Source: Mobula hypostoma
Lineage: Eukaryota
Direction: 5' to 3'
NCBI RefSeq assembly: GCF_963921235.1
Contig: NC_086097.1
Location: forward strand, 254,574,001 to 254,638,000
DNA: 64,000 nucleotides
The notes under the pieces were generated by a model. It saw nothing but the letters and a program-made list of their open reading frames with translations. It had not been told where the DNA came from and searched no databases. Below are positions 48,601-60,850 of the stretch, piece by piece. Numbering within the stretch: position 1 is the stretch's first letter; every line of letters starts with the position of its first letter. A program made the position numbers and the translations under genes.

Positions 48601-51600
48601 AGGAGAGAGAGGGGAGGGAGGGAGGGGAGAGAGAGGGGAGGGAGGGAGGGGAGAGAGAGGGGAGGGAGGGAGGGGAGAGAGAGGGGAGGGAGGGAGGGGA
48701 GAGAGGGGAGGGAGGGAGGGGAGGGAGGGGAGGGAGGGAGGGAGGGGAGGAGGGGAGGGAGGGAGGGAGGGGAGAGAGGGGAGGGGAGGGAGGGAGGGAG
48801 GGGAGGAGGGGAGGGAGGGAGGGAGGGGAGAGAGGGGAGGAGGGGAGGGAGGGGAGGGAGGGGAGAGAGGGGAGGAGCGGAGGGAGGGGAGGGAGGGAGG
48901 GAAGGAGGAGAGAGAGGGGAGGGAGGGAAGGAGGAGAGAGAGGGGAGGGAGGGAGGAGAGAGAGGGGAGGGAGGGAGGAGAGAGAGGGGAATGAGGGAGG
49001 GAGGAGAGAGAGGGGAGGGAGGGAGGAGAGAGAGGGGAGGGAGGGAGGAGAGAGAGGGGAGGGAGGGAGGAGAGAGAGGGGTGGGAGGGAGGAGAGAGAG
49101 GGGAGGGAGGGAGGAGAGAGAGGGGAGGGAGGGAGGAGAGAGAGGGGAGGGAGGGAGGAGAGAGAGGGGAGGGAGGGAGGAGAGAGAGGGGAGGGAGGGA
49201 GGAGAGAGAGGGGAGGGAGGGAGGAGAGAGAGGGGAGGGAGGGAGGGAGGAGAGAGAGGGGAGGGAGGGAGGAGAGAGAGGGGAGGGAGGGAGAGAGAGT
49301 GGAGGGAGGAGAGAGAGGGGAGGGAGGAGAGAGAGTGGAGGGAGGGAGGAGAGAGAGGGAGGAGGAGAGGGAGGGAGGGAGGAGAGAGAGGGGAGGGGGA
49401 GGGAGGGAGGGAGGAGAGAGAGGGGAGGGAGGGAGGGAGGGAGGGAGAGGGAGGGAGGGAGGGAGGGAGGAGAGAGAGGGGAGGGAGGGAGGGAGGGAGG
49501 GAGAGAGAGGGAGGGAGGGAGGGAGGGAGGGGGGAGAGAGAGGGAGGGAGGGAGGGAGAGAGAGGGGAGGGAGGGAGGGGAGAGAGAGGGGAGGGAGGGA
49601 GGGAGAGAGAGGGGAGGGAGGGAGGGGAGAGAGAGGGGAGGGAGGGAGGGGAGAGAGAGAGGGAGGGAGGGAGGGGAGAGAGGGGAGGGAGGGAGGGAGA
49701 GAGGGAGGGAGGGAGGGAGGGAGGGGAGAGAGGGAGGAGGGAGGGAGGGAGGGAGGGAGGAGGGGAGGGAGGGGAGGGAGGGGAGGGAGGGGAGGGAGGG
49801 AGGGAGGGGAGGGAGGGAGGGAGGGGAGGGAGGGAGAGAGGGGAGGAGGGGAGGGAGGGGAGAGAGGGGAGGAGGGGAGGGAGGGGAGGGAGGGGCGGGA
49901 GGGGAGAGAGGGGAGGGAGGGAGGGAGGGGAGAGAGGGGAGGGAGGGAGGGAGGAGAGAGATGGGAGGGAGGAGAGAGATGGGAGGGAGGAGAGAGAGGG
50001 GAGGGAGGGAGGAGAGAGAGGGGAGGGAGGAGAGAGAGGGGAGGGAGGAGAGAGAGGGGAGGGAGGGAGGAGAGAGAGGGGAGGGAGGGAGGGAGGAGAG
50101 AGAGGGGAGGGAGGGAGGGAGGAGAGAGAGGGGAGGGAGGGAGGAGAGAGAGGGGAGGGAGGGAGGAGAGAGAGGGGAGGGAGGGAGGAGAGAGAGGGGA
50201 GGGAGGGAGGAGAGAGAGGGGAGGGAGGAGAGAGAGTGGAGGGAGGGAGAGAGAGGGGAGGGAGGAGAGAGAGTGGAGGGAGGGAGGAGAGAGAGGGGAG
50301 GGGGGAGGGAGGGAGGTAGGAGAGAGAGGGGAGGGGGGAGGGAGGGAGGGAGGAGAGAGAGGGGAGGGAGGGAGGGAGGGAGGAGAGAGGGGAGGGAGGG
50401 AGGGAGGGAGGAGAGAGAGGGGAGGGAGGGAGGGGAGAGAGAGGGGAGGGAGGGAGGGGAGAGAGAGGGGAGGGAGGGAGGGGAGAGAGAGGGGAGGGAG
50501 GGAGGGGAGAGAGGGGAGGGAGGGAGGGGAGAGAGGGGAGGGAGGGAGGGGAGAGAGGGGAGGGAGGGAGGGGAGAGAGGGGAGGGAGGGAGGGGAGAGA
50601 GGGGAGGGAGGGAGGGAGGGGAGAGAGGGGAGGGGAGAGAGGGGAGGGGAGGGAGGGAGGGAGGGGAGAGAGGGGAGGAGGGGAGAGAGGGGAGGAGGGG
50701 AGGGAGGGGAGGGAGGGAGGGGAGAGAGGGGAGGAGGGGAGGGAGGGGAGGGAGGGGAGAGAGGGGAGGGAGGGGAGAGAGGGGAGGAGGGGAGGGAGGG
50801 GAGGGAGGGAGGGAGGGGAGAGAGGGGAGGGAGGGAGGGAGGGGAGAGAGGGGAGGGAGGGAGGGGAGAGAGGGGAGGGAGGGAGGGGAGGGAGGGGAGG
50901 GAGGGGAGAGAGGGGAGGGAGGGGAGGGAGGGGCGGGAGGGGAGAGAGGGGAGGGAGGGAGGGAGGAGAGAGATGGGAGGGAGGAGAGAGATGGGAGGGA
51001 GGAGAGAGAGGGGAGGGAGGGAGGAGAGAGAGGGGAGGGAGGAGAGAGAGGGGAGGGAGGAGAGAGAGGGGAGGGAGGAGAGAGAGGGGAGGGAGGGAGG
51101 AGAGAGAGGGGAGGGAGGGAGGGAGGAGAGAGAGGGGAGGGAGGGAGGGAGAGAGAGGGGAGGGAGGGAGGAGAGAGGGGGAGGGAGGAGAGAGAGGGGA
51201 GGGAGGGAGGAGAGAGAGGGGGGGAGGGAGGAGAGAGAGGGGGGAGGGAGGAGAGAGAGAGGGGGGAGGGAGGAGAGAGAGAGGAGGGAGGGAGGAGAGA
51301 GAGGGGAGGGAGGGAGGAGAGAGAGGGGAGGGAGGGAGGGAGGAGAGAGAGGGGAGGGAGGGAGGGAGGAGAGAGAGGGGAGGGAGGGAGGGAGGAGAGA
51401 GAGGGGAGGGAGGGAGGGAGAGAGGGGAGGGAGGGAGGAGAGAGGGGGAGGGAGGGAGGGAGGAGAGAGGGGGAGGGAGGGAGGAGAGAGGGGGAGGGAG
51501 GGAGGGAGGGAGGAGAGAGAGGGGGGAGGGAGGGAGGGAGGAGAGAGGGGAGGGAGGGAGGGGAGAGAGAGGGGAGGGAGGGAGGGGAGAGAGAGGGGAG

Positions 51601-54200
51601 GGAGGGGAGAGAGAGGGGAGGGAGGGAGGGGAGAGAGAGGGGAGGGAGGGGAGAGAGAGGGGAGGGAGGGGAGGGAGGGGAGAGAGAGGGGAGGGAGGGG
51701 AGAGAGAGGGGAGGGAGGGGAGGGAGGGGAGAGGGAGGGGAGGGAGGGGAGAGGGAGGGGAGGGAGGGGAGAGAGAGGGGAGGGAGGGGAGAGAGAGGGG
51801 AGGGAGGGGAGAGAGAGGGGAGGGAGGGAGGGGAGGGAGGGCAGAGAGGGGAGGAGGGAGGGAGGGGAGAGAGGGGAGGAGGGAGGGAGGGGAGAGAGGG
51901 GAGGAGGGAGGGAGGGGAGAGAGGGGAGGGAGGAGAGAGAGGGGAGGGAGGAGAGAGAGAGAGGGGGGAGGGAGGAGAGAGAGAGGGGAGGGAGGGAGGG
52001 AGTAGAGAGAGGGGAGGGAGGGAGGGAGTAGAGAGAGGGGAGGGAGGGAGGAGAGAGAGGGGAGGGAGGAGAGAGAAGGGAGGGAGGGAGGAGAAGGGAG
52101 GGAGGGAGGAGAAGGGAGGGAGGGAGGAGAGAGAGGGGAGGGAGGGAGGGAGGAGAGAGAAGGGAGGGAGGAGAGAGGAGGGAGGGAGGAGAGAGAGGGG
52201 AGGGAGGGAGGAGAGAGAGGGGAGGGAGGGAGGAGAGAGAGGGGAGGGAGGGAGGGAGGAGAGAGGGGGGGAGGGAGGGAGGGAGGAGAGAGGGGGGAGG
52301 GAGGGAGGAGAGAGGGGGGAGGGAGGGAGGGAGGAGAGAGAGGGGAGGGAGGGAGGAGAGAGAGGGGAGGGAGGGAGGAGAGAGAAGGGAGGGAGGAGAG
52401 GGGGGAGGGAGGAGAGAGAGGGGAGGGAGGGGGAGGGGAGGAGGGGGTGAGGGGAGGAGGGGGTGAGGGGAGGAGGGGGAGAGGGGATGGGAGGGAGGAG
52501 GGGAGGGGGAGAGGGGAGGGAGGGGAGGGGAGGGAGGGGGAGGGGAGAGGGGAGGGGAGGGAGGGGAGGGGAGGGAGGGGGAGGGGAGAGGGGAGGGGAG
52601 GAGGAGGGGGGAGGGGAGGGGAGGAGGGGGGAGGGAGGGGAGGGGAGGAGGGGGAGGGAGGGGTGGTGAGGGAGGGGAGGAGAGAGAGAGGGCAGGGAGG
52701 GGAGGAGAGGGAGGGGAGGAGGGGGAGGGGAGGAGAGGGAGGGGAGGAGAGGAGAGAGAGGGGAGGGGAGGAGAGATAAGGGAGCGAGGAGAGGGAGGAG
52801 GGGAGGAGGGGGAAGGAGAGGAGGGGAGGGAGAGGAGGGGAGGGAGAGGAGGGGAGGAGGGGAGGAGAGAAGAGGGAGGGGAGGGGAGGGCAGAGAGGGG
52901 AGGGGAGAGAGGGGAGAGGGAGGAGGGGAGGGGGGAGGAGGGGAGGGGGGAGGAGGGGAGGGAGGGGAGGGGAGAGAGGGGAGAGGGAGGGGGGAGGAGG
53001 GGAGGGAGGGGAGTGGGAAGCTGAGGGGGAGAGATGGGAGGGGAGGGGGAGGGGAGGTGGGGGAGTGGAGGGGGAGGGGAGGTGGGGGAGTGGAGGGGGA
53101 GGGGAGGTGGGGGAGGGGAGGTGGGGGAGTGGAGGGAGGAGGGGAGGGAGGGGGGAGGTGAGGGGAGGAGGGGAGGGAGGGGGAGGTGGGGGAGGGGAGG
53201 GGATGAGGGGGAGGGGAGGGGAGAGAGGGGATGGAGGGGAGGGGAGGGTGGGGAGGAGGGGGATGGAGGAGAGGGGAGGGGGAAGGAGGGGAGGGGAAGG
53301 AGGAGAGGGGAGGAGGGGGATGGAGGGGAGGAGAGAGGGGGAGGGAGCGGAGGAGAGAGACGGGAGGGAGGATAGGAAGGGGAGGGAGGGGGAGGGAGGA
53401 TAGGAAGGGGAGGGAGGGGGAGGGGAGGGGGAGGGGAGGGGAGGGAGGGGGAGGAGGGGGAGGGGAGGAGAGAAGAGGGAGGGGAGGAGAGAGGGGGAGG
53501 GAGGGGAGGAGAGGAGAGAAGAGGGAGGGGGAGGGGAGGAGAGGGAGGGGGAGGGGAGGAGAGGGAGGGGGAGGGGAGGAGGGGAGGGGAGGGTGGGGAG
53601 GAGGGGGATGGAGGAGAGGGGAGGGGGAAGGAGGGGAGGGGAAGGAGGAGAGGGGAGGAGGGGAGGAGAGAGAGAGGGGAGGGAGGGGAGGAGAGAGGGA
53701 GGGGAGGAGAGAGGGGGAGGGAGCGGAGGAGAGAGACGGGAGGGAGGATAGGAAGGGGAGGGAGGGGGAGGAGAGGAGAGAGAGGGGAGGAGAGAAGAGG
53801 GAGGGGGAGGGGAGGGAGGGGGAGGAGGGGGAGGGGAGGAGAGAAGAGGGAGGGGAGGAGAGAGGGGGAGGGAGGGGAGGAGAGGAGAGAAGAGGGAGGG
53901 GGAGGGGAGGAGAGGGAGGGGGAGGGGAGGAGGGGAGGGAGGGGATGGAGGGGAGGGGAGGGTGGGGAGGAGGGGGATGGAGGAGAGGGGAGGGGGAAGG
54001 AGGGGAGGGGAAGGAGGAGAGGGGAGGAGGGGAGGAGAGAGAGAGGGGAGGGAGGGGAGGAGAGAGGGAGGGGAGGAGAGAGGGGGAGGGAGCGGAGGAG
54101 AGAGACGGGAGGGAGGATAGGAAGGGGAGGGAGGGGGAGGGGAGGAGAGAGAGGGGGAGGAGAGAAGAGGGAGGGGGAGGGGAGGAGAGAGAGGGGAGGG
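39630..54200 (+). repeat. ~14.6 kb polypurine/polypyrimidine low-complexity tandem array (GGGA/GGA/GA-based units)
   Basis: The plus strand is almost only G and A, built from units such as GGAGAGAGAGGGGAGGGAGGGA, with only rare C/T interruptions. Confidence 0.98.
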
Positions 54201-54720
54201 AGGTAACTGGGAGGTGGAGCGGTCAGCGGAGGAGGAGGAGGGAACAGAGAGAAGGGGTGGGGAGGGTGGAAAGGAAGTGAGTGGGGTGGGGGAAGGGAAG
54301 TGGGAGGTGAGGACTGGAGGGTGGGAAAAACACGGAGAGTTTCGAGCAGTTGTAACACCACGTCCAAGACAAGTGGGCGTTGTGGCTCCTGCGTGCCGCC
54401 GTGTCACTGGGTTTCGGGGTTTCCGGACTCTCCAACACACTCACTGTGCATTTCGGAGACCAGGTCCCTTTGCAGGAAGCCGAGCGCCGCGGTCTCTGTC
54501 CTCTGCCGTCTGCTCTCGGTACTTTGGCAGCCCTGGCGCTGATTGTTGAGTTTGTGTACGCGAAACTGCGAACTCGTAAGGCAGTATACGGTGTAAAATA
54601 CCGCAATAACCAAAGCGATAGTGGTCTTCGCAGTTCATCCTGTTCTGCACCAGGCGGGGCCATGATATCGCTCAAATTACTGGAAGTCTTAGCTCGGCCT
54701 TCAACCATCTGTTGACAGAA
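54200..54720. promoter_or_regulatory. CpG-rich unique segment distal to the purine tract (candidate distal promoter or other half of the CpG island)
   Basis: Dense CpGs in non-repetitive sequence, e.g. GCGTGCCGCCG, CCGAGCGCCGCGG and TACGCGAAACTGCG. Confidence 0.5.
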
Positions 54721-55235
54721 CAGATCAGCACAAGAACAGACCCTTCGGCCCACAAAGTTTTGCCGAAACAATTAAATTAGTAATCAAGTGGCCAACTAAA
54801 CGAATCCGTCTGCCTAAATAATGCAATATCCTTCCATTTTCCTCGCATTCATGTGCCGATCTAAACGGATCTTACAAGTCCCTGACGTACGCCATCCCAG
54901 GCAGAGCCTTTCAGGAGCCCACCACTCCCTGTGCAAGAAAACACCTCCTTTGAAATTCCCCCTCTCACCATAAGTGTTGACTTCTGGTACTAGACATTTC
55001 AACCCGAGGGAAAAAAGATACTGGCTCTCTACTCTTTCTGTGACAGCCATAATTTATAAATCTCTGTCAGATCTCTCAGCTTCTGCCGCTCCGGAGATAA
55101 CAACCCAAGTTTACCCAGCCTCAGAGTCATGATTCCAGATGCCTTCTGGACCAGGTAACATCCCAGTCAACTTTTGATCTTCGCCAAAGCTTCGACATCC
55201 TTCCTATAGTGGGGTGACCAGGACTGTATGCATGT
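54715..55235 (-). mobile_element. Degenerate CR1 3' fragment
   Basis: CR1 3' UTR and C-terminal coding remnants. Confidence 0.7.
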
Positions 55236-55439
55236 GTGGGGCTGTAGTCCAACTGTTCAGTTGGAAGAAACTGGGCAGAAAATATTTTTTTAAATCTGAA
55301 GATAATAGGTCAATGAGCAGCTGGTGGTGGGGGAATCCGGAACACCTTTTTAGGTCTATGACCTGTAGACTACAGAACTCTACAGCACAGTCCGGGCCTT
55401 TCTGCCCACTTTCAACCAACTCTAAATTCAATCTAACAC

Positions 55440-57210
55440 TTTCATATAACCATATAACAATTACAGCACGGAAACAGGCCATCTCAGCCCCTCTAGTCTG
55501 TGCCGAACTCTTACTCTCACCTAGTCCCACCAACCTGCACTCAGCCCATAATCCTCCATTCCTTTCCTGTTCGTATATCTATCCAATTTAACTTTAAATG
55601 ACAACATCGAACCTGCCTCAACCACTTCTGCTGGAAGCTCATTCCACACAGCTACCACTCTCTGAGTAAAGTTCCCCCTCACGTTACCCCTAAACGTTTG
55701 CCCTTTAACTCTTAACTCATATCCTCTTGTTTGAATCTCCCCCACTCTCAATGGAAAAAGCCTATCAACTCTACCTATCCCCCTCATAACTTTAAACACC
55801 TCTATCAAGTCCCCCCTCAACCTTCTATGCTCCAAAGAATAAAACCCCAACTTGTTCAACCTTTCTCTGTAACTTAGAAGATGAAACCCAGGCAAAATTT
55901 TAGTAAACCTCCTCTGTACTCTCTCAATTTTATTGACATCTTTCCTATAATTCGGTGACCAGCCCTGTACACAATACTCCAAATTTGGCTTCACCAATGC
56001 CTTATACAATTTCAACATTACATCCCAACTCCTATACTCAATGCTCTGATTAATAAAGGCCAGCATACCAAAAGCTTTCTTCACCACCCTATCCACATGA
56101 GATTCCACCTTCAGGGAACTATGCACAATTATTCCTAGATCCCTCTGTTCTACTGCATTCCTCAATGCCCTACCATTTACCATGTATGTCCTATTTTGAT
56201 TAGTCCTACCAAAATGTAGCACCTCACATTTTTCAGCATTAAACTCCATCTGCCATCTTTCAGCCCACTCTTCTAACTGGCCTAAATCTCTCTGCAAGCT
56301 TTGAAAACCTACTTCATTATACACAACGCCACCTATCTTAGTATCATCTGCATACTTACTAATCCAATTTACCATCCCATCATCCAGATCATTAATATAT
56401 ATGACAAACAACACTGGACGCAGTACAAATCCCTGAGGCACACCGCTACACACCGTCCTCCAATCTGACACACAGTTATCTACCACTACTCTCTGGCGTC
56501 TCCCATCCAGCCACTGCTGAATCCATTTTACTACTTTGATATTAATGCCTAACGATTGAACCTTCCTAACTAACCTAACAAGGTTCCATGTGGAAGCTTG
56601 TCAAAGGCCTTACTGAAGTCCATATAAACAACATCCACTGCTTTACCCTCATCAACTTTCCTAGTAACCTCTTCAAAAAATTGAATAAGATCTGTCAAAC
56701 ATAACCTTCCACACACAAATCCATGTTGACTGTTCCTAATCAGACCCTGTCTATCCAGATAATTATATATACCATCTCTAAGAATACTTTCCATCAATTT
56801 ACCCACCACTGACGTCAAACTCACAGGCCGATAATTGCTAAGTTTACTCTTAGAACCCTTTTTAAACAATGGAACCACATGAGTAATACGCCAATCCTCC
56901 GGCACCATCCCTGTTTCTAATGACATTTGAAATATTTCTGTCAGAGCCCTTGCTATTTCTACACTAACTTCACTCAAGGTCCTAGGGAATATCCTGTCTG
57001 GACCCAGAGACTTATCCACTTTTATATTCCTTAAAAGCGCCAGTACTTCCTCTTCTTTAATCATCATACTTTCCATAACTACCCTTCTTGTTTCCTTTAC
57101 CTTACACAATTCAATATTCTTCACCTTAGTGAATACCGAAGAAAAGAAATTGTTCAAAATCTGCCCCATCTCTTTTGGCTCCGCTCATAGCTGTCCACTC
57201 TGATTCTCTA
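55440..57210 (-). mobile_element. CR1 LINE, 5'-truncated, ~1.8 kb
   Basis: ORFs 55521-56486 (GVPQG, YADD) and 56570-57169, with a (CATATAAC)n tail. Confidence 0.95.
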
Positions 57211-57390
57211 AGGGACCTGCATTTTTCTATTATCCATGTGCCAAAGTGTTTCTTAAATGGCCCTAATGTATCTGCCATCACCACCTTTGACATCCCCCTA
57301 TACTTTCCTCCAATCATCTTAAAATTATGCATGCTTGTATTGGTCGTTGTTGCCTGGCTGTCCACTGAATCTGTATCTATTACTATCTTG

Positions 57391-57536
57391 CAACACGCGT
57401 AAAGGTTGCTGGTGAACGCAGCAGGCCAGGCAGCATCTCTAGGAAGAGGTGCAGTCGACGTTTCCTGCTGCGTTCACCAGCAACTTTTATGTGTGTTGCT
57501 TGAAAATCCAGCATCTGCAGATTTCCTCGTGTTTGC
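57391..57536. mobile_element. 146-bp fold-back Penelope-like insertion with a 14-bp TSD
   Basis: TSD CTATTACTATCTTG at 57377-57390 and 57537-57550; perfect 21-bp inverted arms at 57405-57425 and 57464-57484. Confidence 0.85.
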
Positions 57537-57719
57537 CTATTACTATCTTGTACACTTCTATCAAATCACATCTCATCCTGCTTCACTCCAAAGAGAAAAG
57601 CGCTAGCTCACTCAGAGTATCCATATGCAGTTTTCATTAGGTCCCAGAAGCATTAACCCAACCACTGAGACTGCAGAGAAAATTGTGGAGGAATTTGATG
57701 GATGAATTTGTAATCAAAA

Positions 57720-58580
57720 AGACCATGAGATATAGGAGCAGAATTAGGCCATCTGGCCCATCAAGTCTACTCCGCCATTCAATCATGGCTGATGCTTTTT
57801 TTTCTCCTCCTCAACCCCAGTTCCCGGCCTTCTCCCCATAACCTTTGATGCCATGTCCAATCATGAACCTATCAATCTCTGCCTTAAATACAACCAATGA
57901 CCTGGCCTCCACAGCTGCATGTGGCAACAAATTCCACATATTCACCACCCTTTGGCTAAAGAAATTTCTCCACATCTCTGTTTTGAAAGGGCGCCCCTCT
58001 ATCCTGAGGCTGTGCCCTCTTGTCCTAGACTCTCCCACCATGGGAAACATCCTTTCCACATCTGCTCTGTCCAGGCCTTTCCACATTCAAAAGGTTTCAA
58101 TGAGATCCCCCCTCATCCTTCTGAATTCCAGCGAGTACAGACCCAGAACCATCAAACATTCCTCGTATGATAACCCTTTCATTCCTTGTTGACCTCCTCT
58201 GAACCCTCTCCAATGCCAGCACATCTTTTCTAAGATGAGAGGCCCAAGACTGTTCACAATACTCAAGGTGAGGCCTCACCAGTGCCTTATAAAGCCTCAG
58301 CATCACATCTCTGCTCTTGTATTCTAGACCTCTTGAAATGAATGCTAACATGGCATTTGCCTTCCTCACCACTGACTCAACCTGCAAGTTAACCTTCAGG
58401 GTGTTCTGCACAAGGAATCCCAAGTCCCTCTGCATCTCAGATTCCTGTATTTTCTCCCTGTTTAGAAAATAGTCTGCACATTTATTTCTACAACCGAACT
58501 GCATGACTATGCATTTTCCAACATTGTACTTCATTTGCCACTTCCTTGCCCATTCTCCTAATCTGTCTAAGTCCTTCTGT
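57720..58580 (-). mobile_element. CR1 LINE 3' fragment
   Basis: ORFs 57811-58086 and 58097-58534. Confidence 0.9.
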
Positions 58581-58689
58581 ATAAAAGTATAGTGGGGGAA
58601 TATTAGAGGTAAGTTTTTTTATATAAAGAACGGTGGGTGCATGAAACACTCCACCAGGAGTGGTGGTAGAGGCAGATACATTATTTCAG

Positions 58690-59845
58690 TATTTGGATAG
58701 ATAGGGAAATTTAGGTTGGTGCTGGATCCAAATGAAAGAATTTGTAGAATCTCTACAAAATGGCTTTTTAGAACATCTTGTGGTTGAGCCCACTAGGTGA
58801 AAGGCTATTCTGGATTGGGTGTTGTGTAATGAAATGGATCTGACTAACGAGCTTAAAATAAATGAACCATTAGGGGCAAGTGGTCATGATATGATAGAAT
58901 TCACCCTGAAATTTGAGAAGGAGACGCTAAAGTCAGATGTATCAGTATTATTGTGGAGTAAAGGGAATTACAGAGGCATGAGGGAGGATCTGGCCAAAGC
59001 TGGTTGGAAGGGGACACTAGCTGAGATGACAGCACAAAAGCAGCAGCTGGCATTTCTGGGAGCAATTCAGAAGGCACAGGATAGATTCATCTCAAAGAAG
59101 AAGTATTCTAAAGGCAAGATGACACAACCATGGCTGACAAGGGTAAAACAGAAGTGAGAGTACTTATTGGATCACCGGAAAATAACACAGGAGAGGTAAT
59201 AATAGGGGACAAGGAGATGGCAGATGGACTAAATAAGTATTTTGCATCCGTCTTCACCGTGGAAGACACCGGCAGTATGCCAGGAGTTCGAGAGTATCGG
59301 GGCTGAAGTGAATGCAGTTGCTATTACTAGGGAGACAGTGCTTGGGAAGCTGAAAGGGCTGAAGGTAGGTCAGTCATTTGGTCCACATGGACTACACATG
59401 TTCTAAAAGAGATGAATGTGGAGATGATGGAGGCATTGGTATTAATTTTTTAAGAATCACTAGATTCTGGCATGGTTTCGGAGGACTAGAAAAATCCAAA
59501 TGTCACTCCACTCATCAACAAGGGAGGGGAGCAGAAGAGGGAAATTATTGGCCAGTTAGCCTGACTTCAGTGGTAGGGAGGATGTTGGAGTCGACTGTTG
59601 AGGATGAGGTCTCAAGGTACTTGGAAGCACATGATAAAATAGGCCAAAGTCAGCACGGTTTCCTTCAGGGAAAATCCTGCCTGACAAATTTGTTGGAATT
59701 CTTTGAGGAAAGAACAAGCAGGATAGACAAAGGAGAATTAATGGATGCTGTGTACTTTGAATTTCAGAAAATCTCCAAAATTGTGCTGCATATGAGGCTG
59801 CTAAACAAGGTAAGAGTCCATAGTATTACAGGAAAGATATTAGTA
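58690..59845 (+). mobile_element. CR1 ORF2 fragment, degenerate
   Basis: EPLGASGHDMIEF and SQHGFLQGKSCLTNLLEFFE motifs. Confidence 0.85.
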
Positions 59846-60257
59846 TGTGGCAATACATAATAAATTACAGTAAGAAATATGTCTATATAAGTAGTGCAAA
59901 AACAGCGCAAAAAACATAGTGAGGTAGTGTACCTGTGTTCGTTATCTATTCAGAAATCTGATGGCAGAGGGCAACAGGCTGTTCCTAAAGAGTTGAGTGT
60001 GTGTCTTCAGGCTCCTGAAGCTCTTCCTTTCTGGCGGCAATGAGAAGATGCTTGTCCTGGGTGATGAGGATCCTGAATGTTTTCTGAAGGTGTCCTCAGT
60101 GCTGGAGAGGCTGGTGCCCATGATGGAGCTAGCTGTTTACAACTCTCTGCAGCCTTTTCCGATTCTGTGCAGTGGCCCCTAATGATGTGGAAACAGACAG
60201 ATTTACCATCTCATTACTGGTTTCTGTGATCATACATGGTGCGTGGAACCACAGTTT

Positions 60258-60726
60258 ATAGAAACATAGAAAATAGGTGCAGGAGTAGGCCATTCGGCCC
60301 TTCGAGCCTGCACCGCCATTTATTATGATCATGGCTGATCATCCAACTCAGAACCCAGCCTTCCCTCCATACCCCCTGACCCCTGTAGCCACAAGGGCCA
60401 TATCTAACTTCCTTTTAAACATAGCTAATGAACTGGCCTCAACAGTTTGCTGTGGCAGAGAATTCCACAGATTCACCACTCTCTGTGTGAAGAAGTTTTT
60501 CCTAACCTCGGTCCTAAAAGGCTTCCCCTCTATCCTCAAACTGTGACCCCTCGTTCTAGACCTCCCCAACATCGGGAACAATCTTCCTGCATCTAGCCTG
60601 TCCAATCCCTTTAGGATCTTATACGTTTCAATCAGATCCCCCCTCAATCTTCTAAATTCCAACGAGTACAAGCCCAGTTCATCCAGTCTTTCTTCATATG
60701 AAAGACCTGCCATCCCAGGAATCAAT
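60258..60726 (-). mobile_element. Young CR1 3' fragment (same subfamily as 9347-10588)
   Basis: Open 125-aa C-terminal ORF and GAAACATA tail. Confidence 0.92.
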
Positions 60727-60850
60727 GCAGCAATATATGCAGCAATGCCCAGGATAGCAAGAGACCGCAGAGAGCTGGAGTTGCTTCCTTGGCTTCACAT
60801 CTACCATCCATGCCAGGACCACAGGCTCAAAAGCTGTTACTTCTGCCAAG

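Noticed and set aside
39736..54280. Long Gly/Glu/Arg-rich ORFs on the plus strand
   Set aside because: These are translations of the G/A-only repeat with no coding signal.
39462..54440. 4992-aa and 4942-aa Pro/Ser/Leu 'extensin-like' ORFs on the minus strand
   Set aside because: These are artefacts of a C/T-only strand that cannot form stop codons. They are open in several frames and do not join the CABLES1 frame, which has a TAG two codons upstream of its ATG.
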